DNA of 64,000 nucleotides from Paraspadella gotoi. Its lineage: Eukaryota > Animalia > Chaetognatha. The notes below the pieces were generated by a model that was not told the origin of the DNA, did no database searches, and saw only the letters and a list, made by a program, of their open reading frames with translations. How positions within the stretch are numbered: position 1 is the first letter of the stretch; every line of letters starts with the position of its first letter. The stretch covers positions 6,396,541 through 6,460,540 of the forward strand of contig CM119269.1 in the NCBI GenBank assembly GCA_051294375.1. Reading direction: 5' to 3'. The translations under genes were made by a program, and so were the position numbers. Of this stretch, positions 28,884-42,339 are shown piece by piece.

Positions 28884-31750
28884 AACAAGTTTGAGCAAAC
28901 AATGTCGGATCTGCCTATCGATTAATTAATTATTAATTAATTAGAATTAATTAATTAAGTTAATATGATTTAATATTAATTTACAATTTACCTAATTTCA
29001 GCTTGTCAGTCAATCTGAGTTTTGGTTCTCTTAAAATTGAGACAAGTCATCGACAGTTATTAAATATGTTTTGTGTTTACGTGTTTTTTCAGTTAGTAAA
29101 ATCATTGTACAAATGAATCCTTCTATTTATCTTCGATGCGGCGCATGATGCCTGTGCGCTATAGTACGATCGTCGCGTTGGCTAGAATTTCTTTCCGGAT
29201 TGACGTTTTTAGCTTTCGGTCAGCAGCATCCCGTTGTCTTGGTCATTCGCAAATTCTATGGCTTCTGCGAAGTGGTGCATAATGCTATCACGTCGCTGGG
29301 GAGTTGGAAATTATCATAATTAGATGTTGTATTGGCGTATCTAAGTCATTCAGTTGATCGTACTCCATCCTTTAAAATTCTCCATTCGTATGCGTCGTTC
29401 GTTCACGTACTAGTCTTAATATCTCGACGAGGCTTGTGTTGATCATTATAGTTTATATCGTTTTAGGTGGTCGAGTGACAGTACACTCAGAGATTAAGTT
29501 CACGTTCTCTGTGTAAGATACAAGTTATATCGTTCGCTCTCGATTCTCGTCAACTCTCGCTACTCTCTCTCTTTCTTTTAAATATATGTCGCTCTCTCTC
29601 TTTCTCTTTTTCTCCGTCACTGCTTCTTCTGTATTTGTCTAAAAACGAGTTCCGGTCTCTGCAGCGTCTGTCCAGCTTCTTTCTCTCTCCCTCTCTCTCT
29701 CTCTCTTTCTTTTTTTTTTACAACAAATTTTTTAGATATAATGTGGGCTCACTAATGTAAAAAACGATGCCGCGAAACAGGGTGCGAACTCGGGTCCTTT
29801 GGGTAGGAGAAGTGCTCACGCTAGTCCGGCGCCACAGGTACTGCTGATTTCATTAGCCGAGTAAAGGGCTGTAGAGCTTCTCTCTCTTTTAATTATTTAT
29901 ATTCGCTCTTTCTCTCTCTCTTTTCTCTGCAGCGGCTGTTCCTCTCTCCTCTTTCTCCTCTCTCTCTCTCTCTCTCTCTCTTGTCTCTCTGTGTGTGTCT
30001 GTCCCTCTCTGTCCGATCTCTTGCGTGATCGTTTTGTTTTTGAAAATTCTGATTATTTTTTTCGCTTTCTAAAATTTTTATTATTGCTCATTTTATTACG
30101 CCGCTTTTTTAATACAAAATCCCCATATTTTTCATGCCGAGATTTTTCGTGTTTTATTCTCTCTTTTCTTTCTCCCTCTTCTCTCTCTCTACTCTCCTCT
30201 TTCTCCTCCGTCTCTCCTCCTCTACTCTCTCTCTCCATACTTGTCCGAATTCAACACGCCACTTGTTGTACCATCTTAATTGGCCAATATCCATACATTA
30301 TGCCAAGGCGAACACCACCCATCCCAGGTCTGTGATGTTCCATCCACAGTCCTAATACTATCCCTCTGCTTTCGCCCAATACCGAGACGTCTAGGTATAC
30401 GGCTCAGTTGATCATGAAGGTCATGCCGAGGTCGTCAAGTCACTAATTACCATTCATCACATTATAACCTAATAATTACTATTACATCAATAATTCGTTA
30501 TCGCATAGATTCATATTCGTTTTTTTCCGGGGGTTTTTGTCATTAATTTTCTTTGATTAGTGGGCTCTGGCTTCGATCTTGAGTCTTTTAAGATTTTTTT
30601 ATTTTATGTCTCCTTCTCTCTCTCTCACTCTGTCTCTCTCTCTCATCGATCTCTTCTCTCTACTTTTCTCTCTCATTTTTAACTGTTGCATAATTTTTTA
30701 CACTTGCATTCCGTCAAAACTTTATATCTAGCTTTCATCACTTTCCTACCGGCTCACAAAATTTCATCTCAATCTATCATGGGTTAAAATAAATAAAAAG
30801 ATTCCAGTAAATGTGACTCATATTTTTTCATTTAAACTCATTTCCACTGTACGTTTCCACTGAAACTTATATAATCAGCTTCTCACACATTTTCCTACCC
30901 AACACACAAAATTTCCAACTCAATCTATCCATTCCAATTATGATTAGAGTATTTATTGGTTAAAAAATTAAGAAAAGATTTTAGTAAATTCGACTTATGT
31001 TTTTCTATTTAAACTAATTTCCACTCACACGATTCCATCGAAACTTTATATCCAGCATTATCCAACACTTTCCTACATACCCACACACAAAATTAATTCC
31101 AATCCAACCAGCCAATCACGATGTTATTGGAGCTTTTTGCTAAGATGGGACGGATGGACGGATTGATTGACTAATTAAATTAATTAGATTAATTTATTTA
31201 CTAATGATTAATTAACTGATTAATTATTTGATTTATTAATACATCCTGTATATAACATTTAATATAAAAGGAAAAAGAAGCATAATCAATTAGTAAAACA
31301 GGTTTTTTGTTTTTTTCCATTTAAAACCTCATTTCCTCTCAACTATTCCATCGAAACTTGAATTCCTGTTCAAGCACACAGTGTACCTACAGCAGGTCTA
31401 CCAATCAACTTAGATCGTCAATAGCCTTCCACTACATTCAGGTCATCTCACAAGCAATTTGGTTGTTCAAATAGTGAATATATTTTTTTGGTTTTTTTCC
31501 ATTTAAACTCATTTCCACTCGGACGATTCCATCGAAACTTCATATTCCAGCTTCAATCAACACACTTACCTACCACACACAAAATTTTTAATCATCCATA
31601 TCCAATCACGAGTAATTGGATGTTTTTTGCTAAGGTGGGACGGCGGACGGACGGACGGACGGACGACACACCGGTACGGACGGACGACGGAGACGGACCG
31701 ACGGACGAGACGTGATTAGAGCGGGATCTGGATAGCGGACGGAGATCGGA
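28884..31750 (-). mobile_element. HINE family 1, long composite copy in an intron of the 28-33 kb gene
   Basis: 3' terminus at 28884, degenerate head near 31730. The empty site at ~43590 is an A-run, consistent with TT targeting and no TSD. Confidence 0.78.
29765..29845 (-). other. Degenerate tRNA-like / Pol III-type sequence inside HINE cargo
   Basis: Minus strand TGGCGCCGGACTAGCG..GAGTTCGCACCC..CGGCA followed by a T-run; no convincing cloverleaf. Confidence 0.4.
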
Positions 31751-31895
31751 CAATGTAACGGAAACACGACAGATTTCAATCTTAATATAGTAATGAAATA
31801 AATTTTAAATGCCTTCCGTGCGTTTATCAATAGATACATTTTAAAATTAATTTTCATTTTCCATATTCTCTAACAGTCACTTGATAATTATCTAT

Positions 31896-32120
31896 GAAAT
31901 GGTAGCAACACAATATAAAAATTATCATCATCATTAATAAATAAGCTATCTTGCCCCTGACTTTGGACAGGCTTTGGTGGTTTAAGGCCTCCATCACTCT
32001 TACAAGATAATGACATAGCAGGTCCCTGCAAGCTTCAATCAAGACTCTCTCTCAACAGTCTCGTTATTCACTCCAGAGTACCTGGCTCCCTATCAATGAA
32101 GTGGAAAATATTTCAAAGAA
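31896..32120 (-). mobile_element. Element X copy
   Basis: Absent from the paralogous site at ~43724; flanked by tat/tat. Confidence 0.85.
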
Positions 32121-33159
32121 TATTTGAGAGAACTTCCAGTTTTCAACCTGTTCTGGCCTATAGCTATAGCTCACCTCTGAAGTACATACACAATTCCGGG
32201 TCTTGATTGACAATTCACAAAGTAATGGTTGATGTAAAAATTTCGACTGCCGGAAATGATAAAGGTATTAAAGAGAATGGCCAGAAAACTTGATCGAAAT
32301 CATTAATTACTTCGAGTGTCCTTTCATGCTCCAGGAATCATATTTAAAGCCGGGAGGTAACGTCGGGACCCCGCGTCCCTCACAAACACTCTGTCTAAGT
32401 CAACCAGTTGATGGCGTCGCTCCCGTCCATTGAAATAGATGTCCACGGCCGGTTTGTAGATTGAGTCAACAACTTTTTTCCATAACGTGAAGCGAACCTA
32501 TATCACGTAAATCAAGATTTTTTATTTGGTTTCAAAAAGAACAAGAATTCTAGGGTGTTGCACCAAAGTAACTTTCTTTCAAATTTATTTTCAGGTAATT
32601 ATGTCATTACCATTTCCTACCCTGCATTGGAATACTATCTTTTATCTTTATATAATTTTTTTTAAAAACAAAAGGTAGCAGTCGCTTAGATTCGAACTGT
32701 GTCAGCATTATTAATAAAAAAAAAATAAACAAAATATTTTTAAGCGCTAATAGGGCAGACTGAAAAACATGTCAATTAATAAAAACAAGGGCTAACAAAT
32801 CCTACCACTCCTCCATTCGCGAATGTTTTTTTCCAGTTAGCAAAGGTATCATGGTCGATAAAACTGCCTGTCGGGTCAAAGGAATTTCCCGATCCCGGTT
32901 TGCTCTCGCTTGCCGCTAATTAATTTTTAAAAAAAAATCAGAGTAAAGGTATTATATATCTCTTTTTCTTTTCTTATGTCGTTTACTGTTTTACTCTCTG
33001 TCCAAATATCTAGACCTTATTATGCAATTTTTCAAGTAAAGTACCTTTTAAAACGATTCTAAAAATTAAAGCCTATTTAAGTATTCATTCACCCAAGATT
33101 TCGTTGTATATGTGCACTCCGCTTCCGGATTCAACCTTCGCCACGAAAACGCGAAACGG

Positions 33160-36100
33160 CGCATTGCAACTTTTACAATTAATGATTTGGAAAAATTTAA
33201 AAAATATTCCAATTGTAAACAATTGTAACATTATTCTGCCTTTTTTATTTTATTTCTTTAATTATATATGTATTTTTCTTTCTTTTTTTTTAACAGGCGC
33301 TGCCTTTTCTGAATCGTTTAAAAACGATTCAGTCTCTTCTTCTGCTCCACATTCTCCTGACCTCTCGTGTGTGCGGTCCTCTCTCGTGGGTGTTATCGAT
33401 TCTCTTGCGTGACTTTGTTATCTTTTTAAAAAAATTAGTATTTTTATGTTTCTTTCTTAAAAAAATTTTTTGATCAGCGTGCCTTTTTCGAAGTTGTGTT
33501 TAAAACGAGTGTCAGGCTATCTCTCTATTATCCTCTCTCTTCTCCGTCTCTCTACTCTTCCCGTTCAATACTCCTCCGTCTAGTTTCCACTCTCTCTGCT
33601 GTCTCTCTCCATTTCCTCCCCATCTCTCTCTGTCTCTCTCTGTGTGTGTCTCTTCTTGTAGAATCTTGCGTGATCGATTGTTTTTAGTCGGATCTGCTTT
33701 CACAAGATCCCGATGGTAAATTCACTTGTCGCACGTCGTCCGGTCAGCCCTCAATTGTCGGGCACTTAACTTATCAATTGTCAAACCATCGAATTATGAT
33801 ATAATATGCAAAAAAAATTGATGTCCATGCCGTACCGCCGTCTCCGTCGTCCGCCCACCTTAGCCAAAAAACTCCAATACTCGTGATTGGATGGATGGAT
33901 TGGAATGAAAATTTTGATGTTTGGTAGGGGAGTGTGTGATTGAGCTGGATATGAAGTTCGATGAATTCGTGCAGTGGAAATAGTTTAAATGGAAAAACAA
34001 AAAAATAGTATTTCACTTATTGAACACCAATTGCTCATGAGTGGATGGGGCGGATTGGCTGGAATTTATATGTGGTAGGAAAGGTGTTGATTGAACATGG
34101 AAATCAAGTTTCGATGAATCGTTTGAGTGGAAATGAGTTTAAAAATGGAAAAAACACAAAAACTGTTCACTAATTGATTATGCTTTCTTTTTCACTTTTA
34201 TCATAAATGTATACTGCAGGATGTATTAATAAAATCAAATAATTATCAGTTAATTAATCAATTAGTCAATTAATTAATCTATAATTCATTATCAGCTAGA
34301 TATTAAAGTCTTGCGGAATTGTGCCAGGTGGAAATGAGCTTTAAATGGAAAAAACATAAGTACATTTACTTGAATCTTTTATATTTATGATTATAATAAA
34401 ATGTTTAAATTAATTTATGTTGGACAAAATGTTTGCAATTTAATAAAATGATGCAAGTTGAAAAATGATGCAGTTGAAAAATCTTAAAAGCATAGGATCG
34501 GTCAGACAATTGCACCAATTGGCGAGAGAGAAGAGAGAGGAGAGAGAGAAAGAGAGAAGAGAGAGAGAGAGGAAAAAAAAAGAAAATTGACAACTTGATG
34601 TTGCAACTAGCAAAATGATAACATGACGAAGCGATGCATAATTTTACGAGTTCAATCGCAAATTCAATTTTTTTAAACCAAACGCACGAGGAGAGAGAGA
34701 AGAGGAGAGAAGAGAATCGTTTTCGACGGAATCAGCAGCGGCACAGCAGAGACAGCCAGAAAAAAAGAACGAAATCAAAAAGCACAGCAGAAGCACATGA
34801 GAAGAAAGAGAAAGAAAGCCTTCTGCCAGACCGTTTTTCCCGATGAATCACACTGGGAAAAAGGGCAGAGAGATAGCTTACATATAATTAAAAGAGAAAA
34901 ATCATGTTAATTAATAATAATTAATCAGTCAGATTATCAATCAATTATTTGATTTCCAATCAATCTATTTATTTACTATTAATTAATTATTTAATCAATC
35001 AATTCATTTATTCTATTATCTTTGATTATTCAATCAAATCAATCAAGTCCAATCGTTATCGCATTTTCTCATCGCGTCATTGCTTTTGTCAATGGTTATT
35101 GACGAAAATACCTAAAACAAACATTTCAAATCAATTTATATACTAATTGCCTAATTAATTGCTCATGAGTCGGAATGGGGCAATGACCTAGAATCTTGTC
35201 ATGTGGGTGGAAAGTGTGTGATTGAACAGGAAACAACATGATGGAATCGTTTGAGTGAAATGAGTTTAATGGAAAAAACAAAAAATTGATTATGCTTCTT
35301 TTCCTTTATTTAAATGATATTTTGCAGGATGTATTAAAAATCAAATAATAATAACAGTTATGTAAATAAATTAGTCTATTAACGAAATTAATTAATCAGT
35401 CAATTAATCCGTCTATTTCGTCCCACCTTAGCAAAAAGCTCCAATAACTCGTGATGGCTGGTGGTATGGACATTAATATTTGTGTGTGGTAGGACAGTGT
35501 GAGATGAAGCTGGATATAAAGTTTCGATGGAATCGGCGAGTTGGAAATGAGTTTTAAAATGAAAAAAATAGAGTCACATTTAACTTCGGAATCTATTTTA
35601 TTTATATTTGAACCAGATACATATGAGATGATAATTTGTGAGCCGGTAGGAAAGTGTGAGAAGAAAGCCAGATATAAAGTTTTGACGGAATTGTAGGCAA
35701 GTGGAAATGAATTTAAATGAATTAATGATACTAATAAATGTTTTTAATTAATTAATTAATTAAATAATGAAAAAAATAGCAATTTAAAAAAAATTATGCA
35801 AGTTGAAAAAATGTGATGCAAGTTGAAAAAATGATTGCAAGTTGAAAGAATTGAATGAAGTTTGAAAAAAATGATGCAATGAAAAAAATGATGCAAATTG
35901 AAAAATGATGAAAAATGAAATTGATGCAAGTGAAAAATTGATGCAAGTTAAAAAATCTAAAAGCAAATCGGTCGAATTGCATTAAAAAAAGAGAGAGAGA
36001 AAGAGAGAAGAAAGGACATTAGAATAAAATATTAAATGTATTTTGATTATTAATTAAAATTTAATTAATTAATGAAATTAATACATAATTAGTTTTTAAT

Positions 36101-37731
36101 ATTTAATAATTAATAATAATTAATTAATGTAAATAAATAATTTAAAATAATTAATTATTTAATATATTATTTATAATAATTAATTAATCAATTAATAATT
36201 AATTATAATTATTAATTAAAAATAATTAATAAATCCCTNNNNNNNNNNNNNNNNNNNNNNNNNAAAATTGTAACAATTTCCAATTGTAAACAATTGTAAC
36301 ATTATTTGCCTTTCTTTTATTTTATTCTTTAAATTATATATATATTTTTCTTTCTTTTTTTTATCAGGCGCTGCCTTTTCTGAATCGTTTAAAAACGAGT
36401 TCAGGCTCTCTCTCTCCGACTCTCTCCGTCCCTCTCTGTGTGTGTCTGTCTCTCTCTGTACGATCTCTTGCGTGATCGTTCGTTTTTTAAAAAATTCTGA
36501 TTATTTTTTTCTTTCTAAAAAAATTTTTTTATCAGGCGTTGCCTTTTCTGAATCGTTTAAAAACGAGTTCAGGCTCTCTCTCTCTCTATCTCTCTCTCTC
36601 TCCGTCTCTCTCTCTCTCTCCGTCTCTCTCCGTCTATCTCCTCTCTCTCTGTCTCTCTCCATCTCTCTCTGTCTCTCTCCATCTCTCTCTGTCTCTCTCT
36701 GTGTGTGTCTCTCTCTGTAGATCTCTTGCGTGATCGTTCGTTTTTAGTCGGATCTGCTTATCAGCAGATCCCGACTGTATAATTCACTTTGTCGACGTCG
36801 TCGGTCCGCCCCCTCATATTTGTCCGGCACTAACTTATATCATTGTCAGAACATCGAATTATGATAAATTATGCAAAAAAATTGATGTCCATCCGTCCGT
36901 CCGTCCGTCCCGTCGTCCGTCCCACCTTAGCAAAAAACTCCAATTACTTCGTGATTGGATGGATGGATTGGAATGAAATTTTGTGTGTGGGTAGGGAGTG
37001 TGTGATTGAGCTGGATATGAAGTTTCGATGGAATCGTGCGAGATGGAAATAAGTTTAAATGGAAAAAAAACAAAAAATATATTTCACTATTGAACACAAT
37101 TGCTCATGAGTGGATGGGGCGATTTGGCCTGGAATTTTATATGTGGGTAGGAAAGGTGTGATTGAACAGGAAATCAAGTTTCGATGGAATCGTTTGAGTG
37201 GAAATGAGTTTAAATGGAAAAAAAACAAAAACCTGTTTCACTAATTGATTATGCTTCTTTTCCTTTTATATTAAATGTATATGCAGGATGTATTAATAAA
37301 TCAAATAATTAATCAGTTATTAATCAATTAGTCAATTAATTAATCATAAGTTCATTAATCAGCTAGATATAAAGTTTTGACGGAATTGTGCAGTGGAAAT
37401 GAGTTTAAATGGAAAAAACATAAGTCACATTTACTTGAATCTTTATGATTTATGATTACTATAAATGTTTTAATTAATTAATTGGAAAAATGTTGCAATT
37501 TATAAAATGATGCAAGTGAAAAATGATGCAAGTTAAAAAATCTTAAAAGCATAAGGATCGTCGCAATTGCACAATTGCAGAGAGAGAGAGAGAGAGAGAA
37601 GAAGAGAGAGAGGAGAGAGGGAAAAAAAAGGAAATTGAAACTTGATGTTGCAATAGCAAAATGATAACATGCACGAATGCGATGCATAATTTTACGAGTT
37701 CAATCCAAATTCAATTTTTTTAACAAAAAGC

Positions 37732-37770
<39 letters not shown>

Positions 37771-39260
37771 GTTTTCGACGAATCAGCAGCGGCAGCAGCA
37801 GAGACAGCCAAGAAAAAAAGAAAGAAATCAAAAAAGGCAGCAGCAGAAGCAGCAGGAGAAAGAGAGAAAAAGCCTTCTGGCAGACTCGTTTTTTTCCCGA
37901 TGAATCAGCACTGGGAAAAAGGGAGAGAGATAGCTACATATAATTAAAGAGAAAAATCAGTTAATTAATTAATAATTAATTAATCAGTCAATTTATCAAT
38001 CAATTATTTATTCAATCAATCATTTATTTCTATTAATTAATTATTTAATCAATCAATTCATTTATCTATTATTTGATTATTCAATCAATCAATCAAGTCA
38101 ATCGTTATCGGCATTATTCTCATCGTCGTCATTGCTTTTGTCATGGTTATTGACGAAAATACCTAAAACAAACATTTCAAATCAAATTAATTAACTAATT
38201 GCCTAATTAATTGCTCATGAGTGGATGGGGCAAGACCTGTGTGGGTAGGGGAAAGTGTGTGATTGAACAGGAAAACAATTTCGATGGAATCGTTTGAGTG
38301 GAAATGAGTTTAAATGGAAAAAACAAAAAAATTGATTATGCTTCTTTTTCCTTTTATATTAAATGTATTGCAGGATGTATTATAAAATTAATTATAAATA
38401 TATATAATATAGAATCAATTAATCGATAATTAATTAATCAGTCAATTAATCCGTCCATCCGTCCCACCTTAGCAAAAAGCTCCAATAACTCGTGATTGGC
38501 TGGTTGGATTGGAATTAAATTTTGTGTGTGGTAGGACAGTGTGAGATGAAGCTGGATATAAAGTTTCGATGGAATCGTGCGAGTGGAAATGAGTTTAAAT
38601 GAAAAAATATGAGTCACATTTACTCTGAATCTTTTTATTTATTTTAACCCATGATAGATTGAGATGAATTTTGTGAGCCGGTAGGAAAGTGTGAGAAGAA
38701 GCCAGATATAAAGTTTTGACGGAATTGTGCAAGTGGAAATGAGTTTAAATGGAATTAATGATTACTAATAAATGTTTTAATTAATTAATTAATTAATTAA
38801 TGTGAAAAAATGATGCAATTTAAAAAAAATTATGCAAGTTGAAAAAATGATGCAAGTTGAAAAAATGATGCAAGTTGAAAGAATGATGAAAGTTGAAAAA
38901 ATGATGCAAATTTGAAAAATGATTGCAAATTGAAAAAATGATGCAAGAAATGATAAAAATTGATGCAAGTTAAAAAAATCTAAAAGCAATCGTCGCGAAT
39001 TGCATAAAAAAGAGAGCAGAGAAGAGAGAGAAAGAGACATAAAATAAAATATAATTAATTATTATTAATTAATTAAAAATTTATTAATTAATAAATTAAT
39101 AATAATTATTTATTAATAATTAATAATTAATTAATAATTAATTAATTAATTAATTTAAAATTAATTAATTATTTAATAATAATTATTTAATAATAATTAA
39201 TTAATAATTAATAATTAATTAATAATTAATTAATTAAAAAATAATTAATTAATTAATTAT
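33160..39260. repeat. Tandem duplication of a ~3 kb unit (about 33210-36238 and 36264-39260) either side of the N gap at 36239-36263
   Basis: The left copy is an indel-noisy version of the right copy. Confidence 0.9.
33686..36238 (+). mobile_element. HINE family 1, noisy duplicate of 36746-39296
   Basis: Same head and internal order; runs into the gap. Confidence 0.75.
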
Positions 39261-39296
39261 CGTAGGCAGATCCGACATTGTTTGCTCAAACTTGTT
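36746..39296 (+). mobile_element. HINE family 1, complete 2.55-kb copy
   Basis: ttttt-AGTCGGATCTGCttatcaGCAGATCCCGACT head, (GTCC)n, ~120-130-bp central repeats, 18-bp minisatellite, tail GCAGATCCGACattGTTTGctCAAACttgtt. Confidence 0.88.
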
Positions 39297-39397
39297 TCCT
39301 CTATAATTCACTTTGTCGGTCTGTCAGTTCGCCCCTCGATCTTGTTGGGAATTAACTTAAATCATGTCATAACATTAAATTATGATAAATTATTCAA

Positions 39398-40010
39398 AAC
39401 AAGTTTGAGCAAAAAATGTTGGATCTGCCCACGATCATTATCAGTAATTAATTAATTAATTAATTAATTTAGAATTAAATAAATAATAATTAATTAGTTA
39501 ATTGATCCCAAATGTTTGTTTTAGGTCTTTTCGTCACTAACCACAACAAAAGCAATGACGACGAAGAGAATAATGCCGATAATGATTGACTTAATTGATT
39601 GACTGATTATTTAATTATTGATTAATTTTTTGACTAATTGATTAATTAACTGATTAATTATTTGATTAATTAATACATCTTGCATTCACATTTAATATAA
39701 AAAGAAAAAGGAGCATAATCAATTAGTGAAACAGTGTTTTTGTTATTTCCTTTTCATTTCCACTTGGACGATTCCATCGAAACTTCACATCCAGCTCAAT
39801 CACACACTTCCCTACCCACAAACAAAATTTCATTCCAATCCATCCATCCAATCACGAGTAATTGTTGTTTTTTTGCTAAGGTGGGACGGACAGACAGACA
39901 GACGGACGGACATGATATAAGTGAGTGCTCGACAAGATTGAGGGGGGCGGACCGACGGACCGACAAAGTGAATTATAGAGTCGGGATCTGCTGATAAGCA
40001 GATCCCGACT
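39398..40010 (-). mobile_element. HINE family 1, complete short copy
   Basis: Both termini present; abuts a headless family-1 fragment at 39298-39397. Confidence 0.86.
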
Positions 40011-40155
40011 AAAAACTAAGTTTAAAACGTATGAGTTAGTTAGGCGCACTGTCTACGAAATTATTCAAACAAACTTTAAGTTTAACAAAGAAACAAAATT
40101 TACATAGTACCTAGTTTTACTTATTTTAATCAACGGATAATCGAAACTCGCTCAC

Positions 40156-40279
40156 CTTTGGTCCCGATGGACGGCTGCTGATTGACGGGTGCTGATGGAC
40201 GACTCGCGCATCCCGCCGTCCCTCTGACGGCGAACAAAAGACTCAGAAAACGAAGACAAATTTGAAGAGCGATGTTCAT
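40156..40279 (-). CDS. Probable first coding exon with a signal peptide; downstream partner uncertain
   Basis: ATG at 40279, MNIALQICLRFLSLLFAVRGTAGCASRPSAPVNQQPSIGTK (41 codons plus 1 nt), then a canonical AAAG|GTGAGC donor in phase 1. Confidence 0.6.
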
Positions 40280-40792
40280 TTTTTTACAGCGTGGGAGGAG
40301 AGACACTTGGGATATTTTTCTGAATTTTTTTTTTTAAATCTGAAAAAAAGGGCAGCGCGACTTAGAAGTGAGGTAGAGCGAGCGTCAGGGGACTAAAATT
40401 AGAGTCTCGGTACATTTTATGTTTTGTTAAAGAAAAGGTTCGATTTTGACATTTCAAAAACATTTGTGCGGAATAATACGGAGATGGTATTAGTAGCAAT
40501 TATAGGAAAATATTTCATTTTGAACTAACCATAAGAATATTCTCGTTCATGCAGGTTGACGAAGCTGACTCTAAATCTGTGGACAGTTTAAGAATCACCC
40601 GTTATCGATTTTGTGGGAAATGTCTGGTACCAAATTCGTGATTGGGTTCTATGAAAACGATCCCGATTTTTTCCAAAGTCTGTTCACAGTTTTTGTTAGT
40701 TGTGACTGCAGTGAATTCCCAAAAGCGTCGACGTTCACAATTTCCAAAAAAGTGGTTTGGTGAGGCAAGTATCCATTTTCCAAATCTCCGCT

Positions 40793-40848
40793 CACATCAG
40801 TTATCACATCAGTTATCACATCAGTTCTCACATCAGTTATCACATCAG
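40793..40848. repeat. 12-bp tandem repeat (TCACATCAGTTA, about 4.5 units)
   Basis: Direct reading. Confidence 0.88.
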
Positions 40849-41010
40849 TGGACGATTCTAAGATTATTCACATCAAAATCTATTACCGTATGACATCCAC
40901 CAGCTCGTGGTCGACTTCTGGAAGCAATAACAACCAAGTCTTGTGGTCGATTCGTGATCCGAGTCTGTGGATTCGGGGTCCTCAAAATTCACACATGAAA
41001 TCCGCGTCCG

Positions 41011-41797
41011 TGGAAAATACGTGGTCTGGCGCAGCCGATCCGCATACTGCTGGGCTACGCGGGCGAGGATTTTGAAGACGTCTGATACGATGTGACCGAC
41101 GGTCCCAAATTCAGTCCCGCCGCTTGGACGAAGGAAAAGTTCAACCTTGGTCAAGATTTCCTGAATCTGCCTTATTACAAGAACGACGACGTGGTGCTGA
41201 CCCAAAGCTGCGCCATTTTGCATCACTTGATTCAAAAATACGATACGTTGGGCAAGACTGATGCGGAGAAGGACTGGTCAGTGAAGGGAGGGTTGAGCTG
41301 TTAGGGTATACACAATACACAATTACTAATTGTAAAATTTAAAATATATATTTATTTTATTAATGAATTTATCAATGGAAATTGTTTTAATTCCCCCCAG
41401 CTGCGACCTTGCTGCAGAGCAGATAATCGATTTCTGCTCTGGTTGGGTCCGACTTTGCTACAGCTCCGGCAAAGGGGATTTCTCGGAAGAGGCGACCAAG
41501 TACGCGGAAGCACTCAAGAAGTTGGAGCCTTTTGAGAAGTTCCTCGGCCACCATCCCTGGATGGCAAGAGAGAGCATGACTTGGGCCAACTTTATTTTCT
41601 TCAAGATGTTCGACGTCCATCAACTCTTTAAACCCAGATGCCTGGATGCGTTTCCAAAGCTGAAGGCTTACCATCAACGCATGTTGGACGAGCCCAAGAT
41701 GAAAGCCTTCATGGAGTCTGACAAGTTCTTTGTGGGTCCGAGCAATGGCAAGATGGCCAGGTTTGGCGGTCAACACCCCATCTCGCCCTTTACTTGA
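41011..41797 (+). pseudogene. GSTM: Mu-GST pseudogene, 5'-truncated, intron retained
   Basis: Homology starts at codon W8 (41011), so MPSTLGY is missing. In-frame TGA at 41083-41085 (CGA in the intact copy). Same 124-bp intron at 41277-41400. 3' flank homology to ~13400-13900 runs to ~42337. Confidence 0.93.
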
Positions 41798-42339
41798 TCG
41801 CTTGTCTTCAGGCAGTCAACACCCGATGGAACCTTTTTTGCTTGATTGTTTCAAAATCGGAAGAATAAGTCTGAGTTTAAAAATTTGAATTTTTAAGGAG
41901 ATGTTTTGTACAATTAACTTTTGAAAATAATAAATGAAATAAATATGTTTTAACTAATTTTGTGTTTACATTGAAAATTGAATGACAATGTAGTAACCAT
42001 ACAAAAATTTGAATTATAATATTTAAAAAATAAAATGTAATAAAATAAAAAAGAAATGAAACAAATAGAGAAAGAAGGAAATTATAACTCAGCTTGGCAG
42101 CTTTTTTTTATTTACTTTTTACTTACTTTTCCATCATATTCGGGAAAAACCAGTCTTGCTCCAAATTTTCAAATAAAGCAGCAATCATCATGTTCAAATG
42201 TACGATGTAGTATTGATTCACAGTACCTGCTCGCTCGAACAATTTTAAAAACTTGTCTTTTAATTTCCTTTCCTTCTTTTTTACTGCTTTGACCTTTCCT
42301 GTCCTTTTCCTCTCTCTCTCTCTCGGTCTCTCTCTCTTA

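Larger units (their letters stand above)
28164..33146 (-). pseudogene. Paralog of the 43070-44754 gene, introns expanded by insertions and 5' end cut off
   Basis: 28017-33146 is colinear with 42938-44707. The last exon 28320-28164 is open (SPDPCGYQFGAKKFPFFGYSNKAGICHW..). Other exons at ~32175-32246, ~32311-32497, ~32806-32915 and ~33094-33146 lie in indel-rich sequence. Confidence 0.75.

Noticed and set aside
28990-30560. Unique-looking stretches (28990-29520, 30240-30560) inside a HINE as captured gene fragments
   Set aside because: No credible ORF or splice structure, and the surrounding sequence is visibly error-rich, so they may be read noise.
33160-36238. Genuine recent 3-kb tandem duplication
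   Set aside because: It abuts an N gap and differs from its neighbour by random indels; most likely redundant gap-fill sequence.
41083-41085. TGA as selenocysteine or readthrough in the third GST copy
   Set aside because: It is a CGA>TGA change at a non-catalytic Arg in a copy that also lacks the start codon and catalytic Tyr.
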